The position numbers and the translations under genes were made by a program. A stretch of DNA of 64,000 nt from contig CAVNZM010000011.1 of NCBI GenBank assembly GCA_963693365.1, positions 434,001 through 498,000 of the forward strand, read 5' to 3'. The stretch is from Amoebidium appalachense (lineage: Eukaryota > Protista > Ichthyosporea). A model generated the notes under the pieces. That model searched no databases. It was given only the letters and a program-made list of their open reading frames with translations, and was not told where the DNA came from. Shown in pieces: positions 11,597-25,833 of the stretch. The stretch's first letter is position 1, and each line of letters starts with the position of its first letter.

Positions 11597-13974
11597 AAGA
11601 GCTCTGAAAAAAAAAAACCTCGGAGGGATAATACTATTGTGTAATAGGTATGTAATCAATACAAAGAAAAAATAAACACCCCACATTCTAAAGTTAGCCG
11701 GGTCAAGCCGGGTCACGGGCACGGGTGATCCTGAATTTCCTGTGAGCTGAACCTTGTCAAAGTTTGTACAACTTAAGTTGGCATGATCACAGCTGGCGCG
11801 GCGCCGACGTCCTGCACTGCGACGTTCTGTGTTGGAGAAAGGGAGCAACTGGCAAAAGTTGGTTAACGGTTTCTTTTTGTGGTGAAGAAAGCGGCAGAAG
11901 GCTGTACGGCAGTAACGTGTGCACTGAGCATTCATATGCATGGACAGCCACCGTGCTAAGGCACAGAACAACACCTCCAAGCCAGCCTCCTTGTTCTCCC
12001 TCAGGTTCGCAGCTCTGCTATCCTGTAGAAGATCTTGACCTGGTAGAGTCTATCCAATATGCGGTCCATTATTATACACCGTAGCAGACGGACAGCACTA
12101 TGCACATGATGTGCTTGTGGGTTTTGACGCAGCTCTGTGCCCCCCCCCCCCCCCCCCCTTTTCCGAGGTGTGCCCCTTCCCCCCCTTTCCGCTGTCACAG
12201 CACGGCAGACGTCTTAGCCCCAGATTCTCTGCGAGCGGTAATAGTAAATCACCTTGCAATCCCCCTCCCCCCCTCCCCCCCTCTCCCCCCCTCCCCTCCC
12301 TCCCCCCCTCCCCCCCCCCCCCTCCCCCTCCCCACCTCCTCCCCCGCCAAGGCGCCTCCTCCTCCTACCGGTATCCACAAACCATACCACCAGAATCATG
12401 AAACCAACTCCAAACCTGCAGATCTGATCCACTTTTCGAATCCCACTTTCTAGAACACACGTAGGCCCTATATATAACATCCCCATTCAGGAATAGAAGC
12501 AAGCAATTTTAGCGGCTAACCTCCCAGAAGCCCTGCTCAGGGAAGCACTGCCAGTTATATTCAAACGAGAGGCATCCTGCTTTTTCCTACCGTTTGTAGT
12601 ACCCAGCTGCTCAATGATAAGCACACCGATTTCAGAACACTCGGAGCACTCGAAAGCCAACATCAACACCTGGGACTGAGGTCCATAATTATGCACGGTG
12701 CCATTCAGTTGTTGCCTGACCCCGTCCCCCCCTCCCCCCCTCCCCCTGCTTTTCATAACTCAGTGGCTGCTGAACTTCCCTACAATACTGCTTGGCCTGA
12801 AAACCCCCCTCCCCCCCTCCCCCGTGCACACTCCCCCTCCCACACACACACACCGTGTCACGCACATACCAAAAAAAGAAAAGAAAAAAAAAAGGGTATT
12901 GATGCATACGACACACACACCACTACTGCCACCACGGCCCCACCCACACACACAAAAAAACCAGTCGTCATTTGCTTTCGGCTCCCTGACCCAAGTTGAC
13001 TTTTGCGACTGCACCAGTTATGTACGTCGTTCTAACATCCCCCCTTTCACTAGGTGTGTTAGCAAAGTGGGCTTAGTGATTGCCTGCGCGAAAACCTGCT
13101 TCGAAGTTAAGGAAACGAAACTGTATACTGCCACCGCAAGCTTCAGAATCTGTACACTGTGTAGGCTCACGTGACACTTTGTAGCCTCAGGTGTGGGTGC
13201 ACTTCAACACGCTCTTGCCTATCCTGCCAGTGCCACTCACATCTTCACGAAGAAAAGAGAACATGTCTTAAGACGTTCAGTACCTGGTACACAGGATTAT
13301 GGACACAAAGGAGGCTAGTGGTTGGTGGGTAGACCCATATTCTTTGGCCTTAAGCATAGTGCACAGGTAGCACGGTTGTGAGGCCAAAGGGAAAGTGAGC
13401 CATCAGGCGAGGAAAGAAAGGGGCAAGCGTTGACAGACACATACAGGAACATACACACAGCCAGAGGAGTGCGTGTGCAAGCATCCTCACAAGGAGAGAA
13501 GGGAGCCCCGGAGAGGTGGTGGTGGTGGGGGGGTGGGGGTGGAGAAGGGGCTAGGAGGAGGGGAGGGGGGGAGGGGGGGGGGGGGGGGGGCGGATGAGGG
13601 AGGGAAGAAATGAGCAAAAAGGGGGTGAGGGAGGCGCACGGGAGGCGAAAGACAGCAAGAAAAGGGGCGGGGGGAGGGGGGGGGGGGAGGGGGGGGGGCA
13701 AAGAAGGGACGGAGGCAGGGAAGGAGGGAGGGAGGGGGGGGGAAGGGAAGAGGGAGACAAGAAGGGAGTGGGGGAGGGAGGAGGGGGGGGGGGGGGGGGG
13801 GGAGGGAGAGAGAGAATCGGGCGAAGAGAAAGAAGAGAGGGGGGGGGGGGGGGGGGGAGGGGAGGGGAGGGAGGGAGAGAGAGAGAGAGAAAAAGAGAGA
13901 AGGAGGGAAGGAAAGAGAGAGTTTGTGGGAGGGGGGGAAGGAGGGGGGGGGAGAGGGGGGGGGGGGGGGGGGGG

Positions 13975-14080
13975 TTGAATGCGTCAAAAAGTACGAAGTA
14001 CACAAGAACAAACGGATAACACGATGCAGACTGCAAACCATACATAAAGAGTATGCATAATAAGCAGAGCCCATCCTCAG
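13975..14080 (-). mobile_element. 106-bp interspersed repeat, young copy A, between poly(G) tracts
   Basis: The reverse complement matches 29251-29356 at 104/106 nt. Confidence 0.85.
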
Positions 14081-14104
14081 GGGGGGCCCACGTCAACCAC
14101 AGTA

Positions 14105-14142
<38 letters not shown>

Positions 14143-14861
14143 GGGGGAAGGGGGAGGCGGGGAGAGCGGGAAGGAGGAAAAATGGGGTAACGAGAATCCC
14201 AGCCTACCTGCTGCCTGATTGCCAAACTCCAAGTTCTAGTGAATTTCTGCATTGTTGAAAGCGTGTGTTATAATATATTGCCTGTGCGCTTTGTGCTCCT
14301 GCCATAGGAGCTGGCTGAAGCCCCAGCATCGTACTGGTGGATCCAGAATAAGCAGGTCATTGGTACCCACCATCGGTACACAGCACACAGCTCGCCAAAC
14401 ATGAAGCTTTATTCACACATCCGTGCATACGCTGTCAATCTTTACTGTCGCCGCAAGCTGAAACCGAAGTAACGCTCTATGACACCGTTCAGACTTGGCA
14501 ACGACTGAAGCTGCTCAGTGGCCTGGGCGGCTCAGTAAACACGGTGGGGTTCCGCAAAAATACATGGCTGGCCGCAATATTCAAGGTCTGGACATGTATT
14601 TTCTTAAAAAAAACAGCCCGGTAATTCCGGTCAGTCACAATTTTGTGAGGTTGGGGCGCAATAGGGTCTTTGTTGGGATATTTGTTGTTGCCCGCCACGT
14701 CAGCAGTCAGTCGGATTTTCTTTGCTCCCTCCCTCGTTTCTCTCTTTGCTTTTCTTCGGTTTTCTTGTTGTTTCAAGGCCACTTCTGGCCTGTAGCCCCA
14801 TTTTTCCACCAAGAAACATACATAGGTGGCGGTCGATAGCGCAGGGGCGCGGTGCTACACT

Positions 14862-15649
14862 ATGGTTGAGATAACTTCCGCTGGTAAGTTTATTGTGAGC
14901 ATCTAGAGAGGGCGAGAATGCTAGGCTACGCACACACTCAGGGGGAGTTTTTTATTTGGTTTGGGTTGAAAGGAACTTGTATGCGTACGGATAGGAGTGG
15001 CTGTGGTTAGAAGTGCGTAAGTGGATCTTGGGCGGGAGGGACACAACGAGGTCGCGAGGGGTCAGGGTCGTGACAAGGAGAAGTTTAAGAGGGATGAAGG
15101 TGGTGTGAGGGCAGGAGGGACGGATTGTTAAAGAGGGCAGTTGTGGTAGTGAAAATTCCTCCTAGATCTAGTGGTTGGCACACGGGTAGGACGGGTTTCT
15201 GGTTGGCGGCAGGCTTGAGCGGTGAAGCTGCAGGCACATCACACACATACACCAGAGAGTGACACACAGAGACACACAGACACACACACACAAACACACA
15301 CAAACACACACACACACACACAAACTCACTCATTCACTCACTCACTCACACACACACACGCACACGTACACACACACAGAATTCCATAACTTGCAGGCGT
15401 GCGTGCCTGCAGATCTTGCACGGGCAAACAGGCACACGTTTAACCATGCACTTCATACACATGCACTTAAGAGAGGCATCTGCATAACGGGCTGTGCACC
15501 TATGCACACGTTGCAGGTCACTCGCACGCAAGGACATGCATAGAGACACACAAGTGTGCGCAAACACACACGTACAGAGACACACACACGCGCGCGCACA
15601 CACACACGCACACGCACGCACACACACACATACACGTACAGACAGAATT

Positions 15650-15696
<47 letters not shown>

Positions 15697-15757
15697 GGAG
15701 ACACGTTGCATCCCTCACGGCACTCTTCCCTCCTCACACATTCCTTTCAGACATGTG

Positions 15758-15788
<31 letters not shown>

Positions 15789-17291
15789 CTCTGCACACAC
15801 ACACACACACACACCACATACATGCACGAGCAACAAGTGTGTGTGTTGGCATGGGTCATACGTCTGTGTGCACCTGAGGCATACAAGTGCATGTGCCTAA
15901 GCCCTTTGGCTTGCACGTGCCTGTCCACGTTCGTATTTTTTCGTGCACGTCTACGCGGTATTTGTAGTAGATGTGTTGCAACCTATCGTTGCCATCATAC
16001 ATGGGTTACACGGCGCTTGCAAGCACGACCATTCTCATTCTCTCTCTCCGTGTCGTGCTCCCTTCCTATGCATCAGTCTAACCCCCTCTCCCCTGCCCCT
16101 TTCCAGCGGGTGTGCTTGCGCTTCTGGACGAGCCAGACACGGACCTGCAGGTGTTTGCTTTGGAGCGCCTGGACGAGGTGGTGGACCAGTTCTGGGCCGA
16201 AATAGCAGACCACATCTCAAAGATGTACGTATAGTGTCTGGGGGGGGGTCCATGCCGGTCTGTGTGCGGTCTGCTTTGGTGGTTTGCCATTTGCATTTGT
16301 CATCCTGTGTTCAATCCACCCCCCCCCCCCCCCCCCCCCCCCCTTCCCCCCTCCCATCCCCTGGGCCGGTGAACAGGGGTCAGAGCTCGGGTAGCTCGGG
16401 TACTGTGGATGATTTGGCCTCCTGTGAAAATGGGTTCTTTTATGATGCATCTCTGTTTGTTTGGTTCTTTGACTAATCTGCATGGGGTTGTCCTTCGTTT
16501 TTGTGTAGTCCGTTCTCTGTAACAAACGAACCCCACCCACACCCTTCCCCCGCTTCCCGGGGTTTTGCTGGGGGGCTCCAACCCAAGATATAAACACACG
16601 TAAGAAATACATGCATGCGGGGAGATTAGCTCAAGTAACCTGGGTGTAAGGGTGGTGTGGGGTGTGGGCATGCATGCAGGTTGGGCTGGCAGGGTACACA
16701 GGCTTGGCATGTGCATTTACACACGGCGGTTATGTGGCATCTGACTTCCCCCCCCCCCCTTCCCCCCCCCCCCCCCCCTGCTCCTCCAGTGAGGTACTCT
16801 ACGAGAATGGCTCGTTTTCACACCGGGAGTTGGCATCCCTCATCGTGTCAAAGGTGCATAGTCCCCCCTTAGCTTTTTTTAAACGTGTACCACCCATGTT
16901 CTCTTTTCTCTTCTTCGAAGCATTTCGGTTAAGCTGTCCATTTTTGGAACGTTCGCGTGTGCTTCTGTGTCTTATTTGTACCGTGTACACCCCCCCCCCC
17001 CCTTCCCCATGGGGACCTTTCCTTTGGTTCCAGGCCTTGCATCCACACCAACCCCCCCAGTACCTTCAGATTCTCCTTGTAGGCGGCTATCTGTCCTAAA
17101 ACTCACACAGAGCTGGGATAACTCTGGCTCGAAAGGGCTCGGGCAAGTCCGCTTTTCCACCTAGCCCGTGACTGTTTGACTCTCCAATCTTCTTTATGCT
17201 CTGTCATCCCGATTCCCCCCCTCACCCCTCTAGCAGCAGCAGGATTGCTACTCCCACTAACACCACCACCATCCCCTCGCTCAAAGCACAT

Positions 17292-17342
<51 letters not shown>

Positions 17343-18190
17343 ATACACACACACACACACATACACACACTCCCTCTCTTTCTCCCTTTCTGCCTCTTTC
17401 CCCCACCCTCCTTTCTCCCTCCCCCCTCCCTCTTTCGTTTCCCCCTCCCCCCTCCCCCCCATTTCTGTCTCGCTCTCTGGCTAGTTCTCTCTCTCTCTTT
17501 GTCCCCCTCCCTACCCCCCCCCTTCTCCCTCTCTATCTCCATCTCTCTTTGAACACAACACCTCCCTCCCCCCCCCCTTTCCCCCCGGACCCAGCCTCCC
17601 ACCCATCCACATACCCACATTACACATGTGTCACATGTACACTTGCGCGGACGTATGATTGACACACATCCACACGCACACACATGCACACGCAGGTGTA
17701 CTACCACCTTGGTGAGTTTGATGACTCGCTGACATATGCCCTGGGTGCCGGTACCAAGTTCGATGTCAACCAGAAGTCCCAATACGTCGAGAAGATTATC
17801 TGTATGCCCCCCCCCCCCCCCCCTCCCCCCCTCCGGCCTCACCCATGAAATGTCATGTCTCGGTGTGGCTCTGTCTGCCTGGACTTGCTTAACCTGTCTT
17901 GCGCACAGCCACTGCGTGTTTTCTTGGTTTTTATACGGGACTGCATGCATGTGCATGTACACAGTTATGTGCTCTGTGTGTGTTTGACCGATGCAAGCCG
18001 GGACAGCTGTGCTGGCGCAACCAATGACTGAACAAATGTCCGCATGCATGTACACACATGCACACCCAAGAGCAGACACATACGGACAGGCCGTGTACAC
18101 ACACATACACACACACACACTCTCTCTCTCCCCCCCCCCTCCCCCCCCCCCCCCCCCCCCCCCCCCTCCTCCTCTCTCTCTCTCTCTCTT

Positions 18191-18221
<31 letters not shown>

Positions 18222-18395
18222 CCCTCTTACTAACACACTCACGTTTTCACGCTCACACACTCACACACATACATGCACATGAGCGTGCGGGCACACACTC
18301 TCTCTCTTTCTCTCGCTCGCTCTCTCCATCTCGCTCAACTATTCAGCCACTTATTCACACACGTTCATTCACACACACGCGCGCGCGCGCGCTCA

Positions 18396-18454
<59 letters not shown>

Positions 18455-18455
18455 G

Positions 18456-18528
<73 letters not shown>

Positions 18529-18529
18529 G

Positions 18530-18605
<76 letters not shown>

Positions 18606-19573
18606 CCAAATGCATCGACCAGTACATTGCACAGCGCACGCGGCAAGCGGAGTCAGCGGGCAAGGAGACGGTCACGATCGATGCCCGGTTGGAGAGTATT
18701 GTGGACCACATGTTTGCAGCATGCCTGGCACAGGGGGAGACTAGGCAGGTAGGGGGGCACACGGTGGGGTGCACGTGGACAGGCATTTGTGTGCAGTGAA
18801 ACGTTTGAGTGCGCACGTGGTGTGGGCATAATTGTGTCGTTGGGTGTTGGTGCTGGGACGGTAATAGATGCAACGCATATATTGCTGTCGACACGCAACA
18901 AACTAGGCGTAAATAAACAAATTGACAGAAAAACAAAAGCACGTCGGCAGAGCTTCAAATGGAGCACGAAGCACCTCACATATATGTGTGTATGCGCACA
19001 CAGGCACCACAGCCCCACACATACCATACCACACACATACATGACATAGCCACCACACAGACCCTTCCTTCCCCGTCCCCCCCCCCCCCCCCCCCCCCCC
19101 CTCCCTTTCACGCACACTCACTCCCACCCCCTTCCCCCCAGGCCATCGGCATTGCGCTTGAGGCACGGCGCATCGACATCTTCGAAAAGGCCGTGCGGGG
19201 TGCCGACAACCCACGTCAGATTCTCGGGTATGCGCTGGAGGTGTGCATGACGCTGATACAGAGCAGAGAGTTCCGCAACCAGGTGCTGGGTGTCCTGGTG
19301 GGCCTGTACACGTCCATGGGCACACCGGACCACATCAGTGTGTGCCAGTGTCTCATGTTCCTGGACGACTACAGAGGCGTGGCGGAGAGGCTCACAGCCC
19401 TGGTTCACCAGGGGGAGGTGGGTGATTGATGGGGGGGGGGGGGGAGGGGGAGGGGGGGGGAGGGGGGGGATGGGGGGGCTGGGGAGGATGATGGGTGGGA
19501 TACCACTGAGAAGGAGTGGTGTGGATGGTTTGTGTGTGTGCATTTTGGGGGGGGGGGGGGGGGGGGGAAGGCA

Positions 19574-19605
<32 letters not shown>

Positions 19606-19976
19606 GGGGGGAATGGGGGAGAGATGGTATGCAACTGGGAGTAATTGAGGGAAGGGTTCGTATCCATGTGTTCAACTGCTTGGCGCAGTTGTTGACGAGA
19701 TAGCACGAGGTGGGCACTGGGCTGGGAACCAGCACGGAGTTAGAGATGTTTTGTTCCGACGTGGGGGCATCTGTTTGTCTTGCTGTGCACGTGTGATCAT
19801 ATGTGGTGATATTGGTATCTGACTGTGTGTGCAGGAGGAGACGCTAGTGGCGTACCAGGTGGCCTTTGACGTCTATGAGAGCGGCACCCAGCACTTTGTC
19901 AGCTCACTCAGAGCCGCACTCAGGGCTGGCGTGCCCCCAACAGACGAGGTGAGCAAGGGAAACAACCTGCTGCGCG

Positions 19977-20023
<47 letters not shown>

Positions 20024-20449
20024 ACACGTGTACGCGAGCACACACACACACAAACGACGCACAAACATACACAAACGAGCATGCAGGCGCCTGCCTTGAT
20101 GTGCACTGCACGCATCACCTATCTTGATGCCGACCCGCCCCCCTCCTTCCCCCGTTCCCTTCCCCCCCCCCCCCTTCTCCCCCTATTATGCTGACAGTAC
20201 TACTGCTTCAGACGCGACGACAGCGGCAGGAGCGGCTTGATCTTATTCTAAGCGGGGAGCTGACCATCGGCCTGCACCTTGAGTTTCTGTACCGCAACAA
20301 CCACACAGACCTCACCATCCTCAAAAACACAAAGGTCCGTGCTCTTGCTCCCCGTGGTCTCACACTTGCATAACTATGACGACCCCCCCCCCCCCCCCCC
20401 CCTCCCCTCCGGTGTTCTTCGTTTTTGAAGATAAAATTCAACCCCCCTT

Positions 20450-20488
<39 letters not shown>

Positions 20489-22277
20489 AAAAAAAAAAAG
20501 AAGAAAAACCCACCACCACCACCTGTGTACGTCGTAACCTAACACATTTTAGACCCCCCCCTCCCCCCCCCCCCACCACCACCACCACCCACCCACCCAC
20601 CCACCCACCCACCCACCCCCCTCAAGCACACACAAAAGGGAACGTGCAATCTAAAACAGCATCAGTACTACCCATGCTACCCTTGCCATGCCTGCCATTA
20701 AGCACACAACTAATGTTTCTGCCCTTCAGAATGCGGTGCTGCGCAACAACAGTGTGTGCCACACAGCCACGGTGGTGGCCAATGCCTACATGCATGCAGG
20801 CACCACGGTGCACGAGTTCCTCAAGGAGAACATCGAGTGGCTGGGCCGGGCTGCCAACTGGGCAAAGTTCACCGCCACAGCATCCCTCGGTGTCATTCAC
20901 ATGGTATGTGCCGTTGGAGGGGGGGTTTTGAAGAGGGGGGGGGGGGGGGAGGGGGGAGGGGGGGGGGAGCGCAAAGCCAAGAGAAGACTGTGGTGTGCGT
21001 GGGTGATGGTGGCCGTACCAGTGACACTAGGATCGTGCTGCACGCACATGCCTGCCTGTGCGCTCACAGGCACACAGCCACATGCACGTGACCACGTGAC
21101 TGACCACGCACGTGCAGGGCCACGTGAAGGAGAGCAGGAAGGTCCTGCAGCCCTATCTGCCGACAGGCGGCAGCGGCAGCCCTTACAGCGGCACGTGTTC
21201 CCCCATCCCCTCTTCCCACCGCGCTGCGGCACCTTATCCTCCCCCATCTCTTCACCCCCACCGGTCTTTTAAGCGCACATGCCATCACACCCTTGCCCTG
21301 CACCTCATTCACTAGGTGATCTAATACACGCGCATAGACACTCCTTGGGGACTGTAGCGCACCAGATACCAGCTTGGTGCACCCACAGGGTGACACCACC
21401 ACTGTGGCTGTAGGCATGGTGCTAACATGTGTGTGCAGAGGGTGGCTCACTGTTTGCACTGGGTCTGATCCACGCCAACCACGGCGAGGCCGTCAAGGGG
21501 TACGTGCTTGTCCTTTAACCCCACCAATCCATGCACCCACACACCTACCCACAAACACAGACATGCAACCCCACGATTTAAAACATACACTATACGCCCT
21601 CACCCCCACAAAAACACACATGCACACTGCACCTACAAAGGTAAACATATGCACCCTCGTCCCCACAGACACACACACGCACCCACAACTCGACAACGAC
21701 ACACACATGCATCACCACTCACCCACACACACACAAAGCCACACACATGCACTCCACCTTCATAACACACCCACGTGCACCCCCAGCCCTACACATCCAC
21801 CCCATGCTTGCCGATGTGTGGCCGGGTGAATGGTTATGTGCAGCATGCACACAGTCACGTGCGCCTCTGACCATATATGGCAGGTATCTGATGGAGCAGC
21901 TGCGGTCGTCCACCACGGAGATTCTGCAGCACGGCGCATGCCTGGGCCTGGGCACGGCAACTATGGCCACGGGCGATGACGGTGGGTTGTGTTGGTGTGT
22001 TAAACTTTGCTGCATCCTTTTGTGTGTGCGGTGGTGGTGGGGGGTGCGTGGGGGTGGGGGGGGGGTTGGATGTGGTGCGGGGTTGTTTTGAGGTGGGTGG
22101 CGGATCTGTGGTATATGGAGGGAAAGGGGTGAGGAGGGGGGGGGGGGGGGGGATGTGTTTGTGCTGCATGGCTGTACGTGGGTATTGGTATTTCCTGGTC
22201 TGTTGTGGGTGAAGGAGGGGGAAGGGGTCAATATCAGTTTGTGGTGTGTGGGCACACAAGAGGACGGGGGGGTGCGG

Positions 22278-22316
<39 letters not shown>

Positions 22317-23101
22317 GGGGGAGGGGGGGGGGGGGGAGGGGGGGGATGCCATTGAATTTGTGGTCATGTATCGTGGATGCATAGGTGTGTGGCGCTAAGA
22401 TTGTGGGGGTGCTTGTGTTTCAGCTTAGTTGATCACCCTGAGGCTCGCTGCGTCACTTTCAATCCTTAAACTGACCGTTGAGCGCAACTCGCATATGTGG
22501 TTAGCAAAAAAGAAAATAGGAAGGTAAGCAACTGCTTTAACCGTTGCACAAGACCACGTCTAGCACATCCCTCACCAGCATGCTGACCCTGCCCCCCAGA
22601 CGTGTACGAGGAGCTCAAGAATGTGCTGTACACGGACAGTGCCGTGGCCGGTGAGGCAGCAGGCATAGCCATGGGCCTGGTCATGCTGGGCACGGCCAGT
22701 GCTAAGGCATTGCAGGACATGCTGCAGTATGCCCATGAGACACAGCACGAGAAGATCATCAGGGGTATGTGCGTGGGGGTGTGCGTGGGTGTGGGTGTGG
22801 GTGGGTGGGTTTTTCTTGTGGGGGGGAGGGGAGGAGGAGGAGGGGGGGGGGGGGGGGGGTGATGCCAGGCTGTGGGTGTGTGTGTTGGGTGGAGGGAAAG
22901 GGGTTTAGGGTTTTAGTGGTGGGTAGACGATAGGCATGGTGGTGTGTGGGCCACACGTGCATGCATGTGCACGATTGGTGATGGCATGCAGGGGGCCATG
23001 TGTGCTGACTGTGTGTGCAGGTCTTGCTGTGGGCATATCGCTGATCATGTACGGGAGAGAGGAGGAGGCGGATCAGCTGATCGACACACTCAGCTCGGAC
23101 A

Positions 23102-23181
<80 letters not shown>

Positions 23182-23217
23182 ACGGTGGTGGTTGTGGTGG
23201 TGGTGGTGGTGGTGAAG

Positions 23218-23254
<37 letters not shown>

Positions 23255-25798
23255 CGTAGCAGTACGCCACACTGTGTATTGTCTGTGCACGATTCCTCTT
23301 GTTGCTATGCAAGCAAGTGGCCCACATGTGGTGTATCCATGCATAGCTCACGCTGCTATTTCTAGGACCCGCTGCTGCGGCTGTCGGCCATGTACACGGT
23401 GGCCATGGCGTACATTGGCACGGCAAACAACAAGGCCATCCTGCGCCTGCTGCACTTTGCCGTCAGGTAGTGTCTCCCTCTGGTGTTGGATGCTGTCCCA
23501 CACCTGTGTGTCCATTGCATAATGGCTGTCGTGTGTGCGCATGTACTAACAACCATGCATGCAGTGACGTAAGTGATGACGTCAGACGAGCGGCTGTCAC
23601 ATCTCTCGGTCAGTTGCCCCTCCCCTCCCCCGCTCCCCCTCCCCTTCCCCCTTCCCCCGTTCCCTTCCACCCACCTGCACATTCTGCATCTGTGGTCTCG
23701 AATGCACATGCACATGGCCATGGGCTCGTGCACACGAGATAGCTCTACCAACACACGTACATATTTGGGATGCTATTCACACTGGTGGTGGCGCTTTGTC
23801 CTCCGTGTAAACTGAATTCAGATGGAGCAACCGATGATTCCTGGCACAACAGCATTTCATTCCTTCCCCTCCCCCCCCCCCCAAGCACACGCGCTTCATC
23901 GTCTTTCACCTAACCCTGGTAATACAGTATTTTGGTAGAGCATTTTCAACCCCACACTGGCACGTGCTCACCCCCATTTCCTGCACGTGCTTGTCTCTGA
24001 CGGTGGGCTGCAGGGTTTCTTCTGTTCCGGGTGCCCCAACAGTGCCCGGCCGTGGTGTCCCTGCTGGCTGGTGGGTGTCTGGTGGTGCTTATGTGTGGTA
24101 TCTTGTTGCGGTGGTGGAGTTTTTGTTGGTATTTGATCTCCTTTTGTATTGGGGGGGTTCTTTTTCTCTCTCTTGCTGCTCCTCACACACACGCGCGTGC
24201 GCGCGCGCGCACACACACACACACACACAAACGCTCACACATTTTCTTGCTTGGTGTGATTTTTTTTGTGTTGTGTTGTGAATGGGTGGAGGGAGGGAGA
24301 GGGGGGGGGGAGAGAGAGGGAGGGAGAAAGAGAGGGAAAGATGGGAGTAAAGCCACTGGATAGTCATGGTATTTTGCAGCCATATGGGGTAGAAAATGTG
24401 CTAGCAGCACGTGCTGACGGTATGTGCATGCAGAGAGCTACAACCCCCACGTCAGATACGGTGCAGCCCTGGCCCTCGGCTACTCGTGTGCAGGCACGGG
24501 CATGAAGGTGTGTTTCATGCGCACATAGGCACACGTGTATACAGATACATGTGCACACACATGCACGCGCACAAACAGATGCACTTGAACATGCAGGCAC
24601 ACGTGTATACAGATACATGTGCACACATGCACAGAATCGCATGCACAGACACATGTATACATACACACATAGATACTCTTGCTTATGTACATTAGTCCAC
24701 TAACAGATTTATACGTTGTATTATGTATAATTCTAGGCTCCCTCCCCCCCCCCCCCCCAACCCGGTCACCAGCCACTGACACTTGTGTATTTACAGGAGG
24801 CGCTGAGCCTTTTGGAGCCCATGGCCAACGATGCAGTGGACTATGTGAGGCAGGGTGCCCTGCTGGCCATGAGCATGGTCATGATCCAGCAGTCCGAGGC
24901 CCAGAGCTCAAAGGTAGGGGCCATGAAACACGTGCACACACATATGCAGATGCACTGACACATACACATTAAACCACACGGGCTCGTAGAGATGCACGAG
25001 CTGGGATAACTATACTTACACTTCACCTACGCACTAAGTGTGCACCACTTTAGCCCCTGATGTTGCCTTGTAACCGTCCGCGGGGTCTGGTGCCATGGTT
25101 TGCACGTTATCAACAAACTTGCTCTCGGACTGCTTGTTTCACCTCCTCTCTGTTTCACGACACGTGTCCTGAACGTTCTTTACCCACGTTTTTTTGGTTC
25201 GGTTTTCTTTCTCTCTTTTTTTGCCCTTTTCCCTCATTATTTTCAAAGAGCTTTTTTTTCATTTTTTTTTTTTTTTTTTTTTTTGTGGTGGTGGAAGTGA
25301 AAAGGAGAGGGGGGCAGAGGGGAGGGAGGTTCTTATCACGGTAACCGGCTGTAAATATGACTTACCTGCTGAGTAGCGCATTGTGAAACTTTATTGCCAC
25401 TGCATTTTTACCTCCATGATGTTTGATTGAATGTCTAACTCTGCCGTTTGGTTGCCTGTGATTGCTTGTTTCAGCCCTCCATGTCATGGCACGTTGGAAC
25501 CCCGTGCCGTTGGACTGCATGCCTAAACCCCCCGCATAGTACCTCATCCACCCTTATTGCTCTACACTAACAACCTTTATTACCAGACGGCTACGGTGCG
25601 TCGGCTTTTTGAGAAGGTGGTCAACGACAAACACGAGGACGTCATGGCCAAGTTCGGCGCCATCCTGGCCCAGGGCATCATTGACGCAGGTATGGCACAT
25701 CAGTCAGTACTCTATTTTGACAGGAGGACCACTTTCATGGGCCTTGGATTCAGATCTAAGCATGGCAGGGTGATGGGGATGACAGTGAAGCCTGGCCG

Positions 25799-25833
<35 letters not shown>

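Noticed and set aside
14208-14252. Possible first exon MQKFTRTWSLAIRQQ|GTAGGC on the minus strand, divergent from RPN2
   Set aside because: The start context and donor are good, but no convincing downstream exons or homology could be assembled in 11600-13500.
14825-14832. Rpn4/PACE-like GGTGGCG motif before RPN2
   Set aside because: A short partial match only ~35 nt from the ATG, expected by chance in GC-rich sequence.
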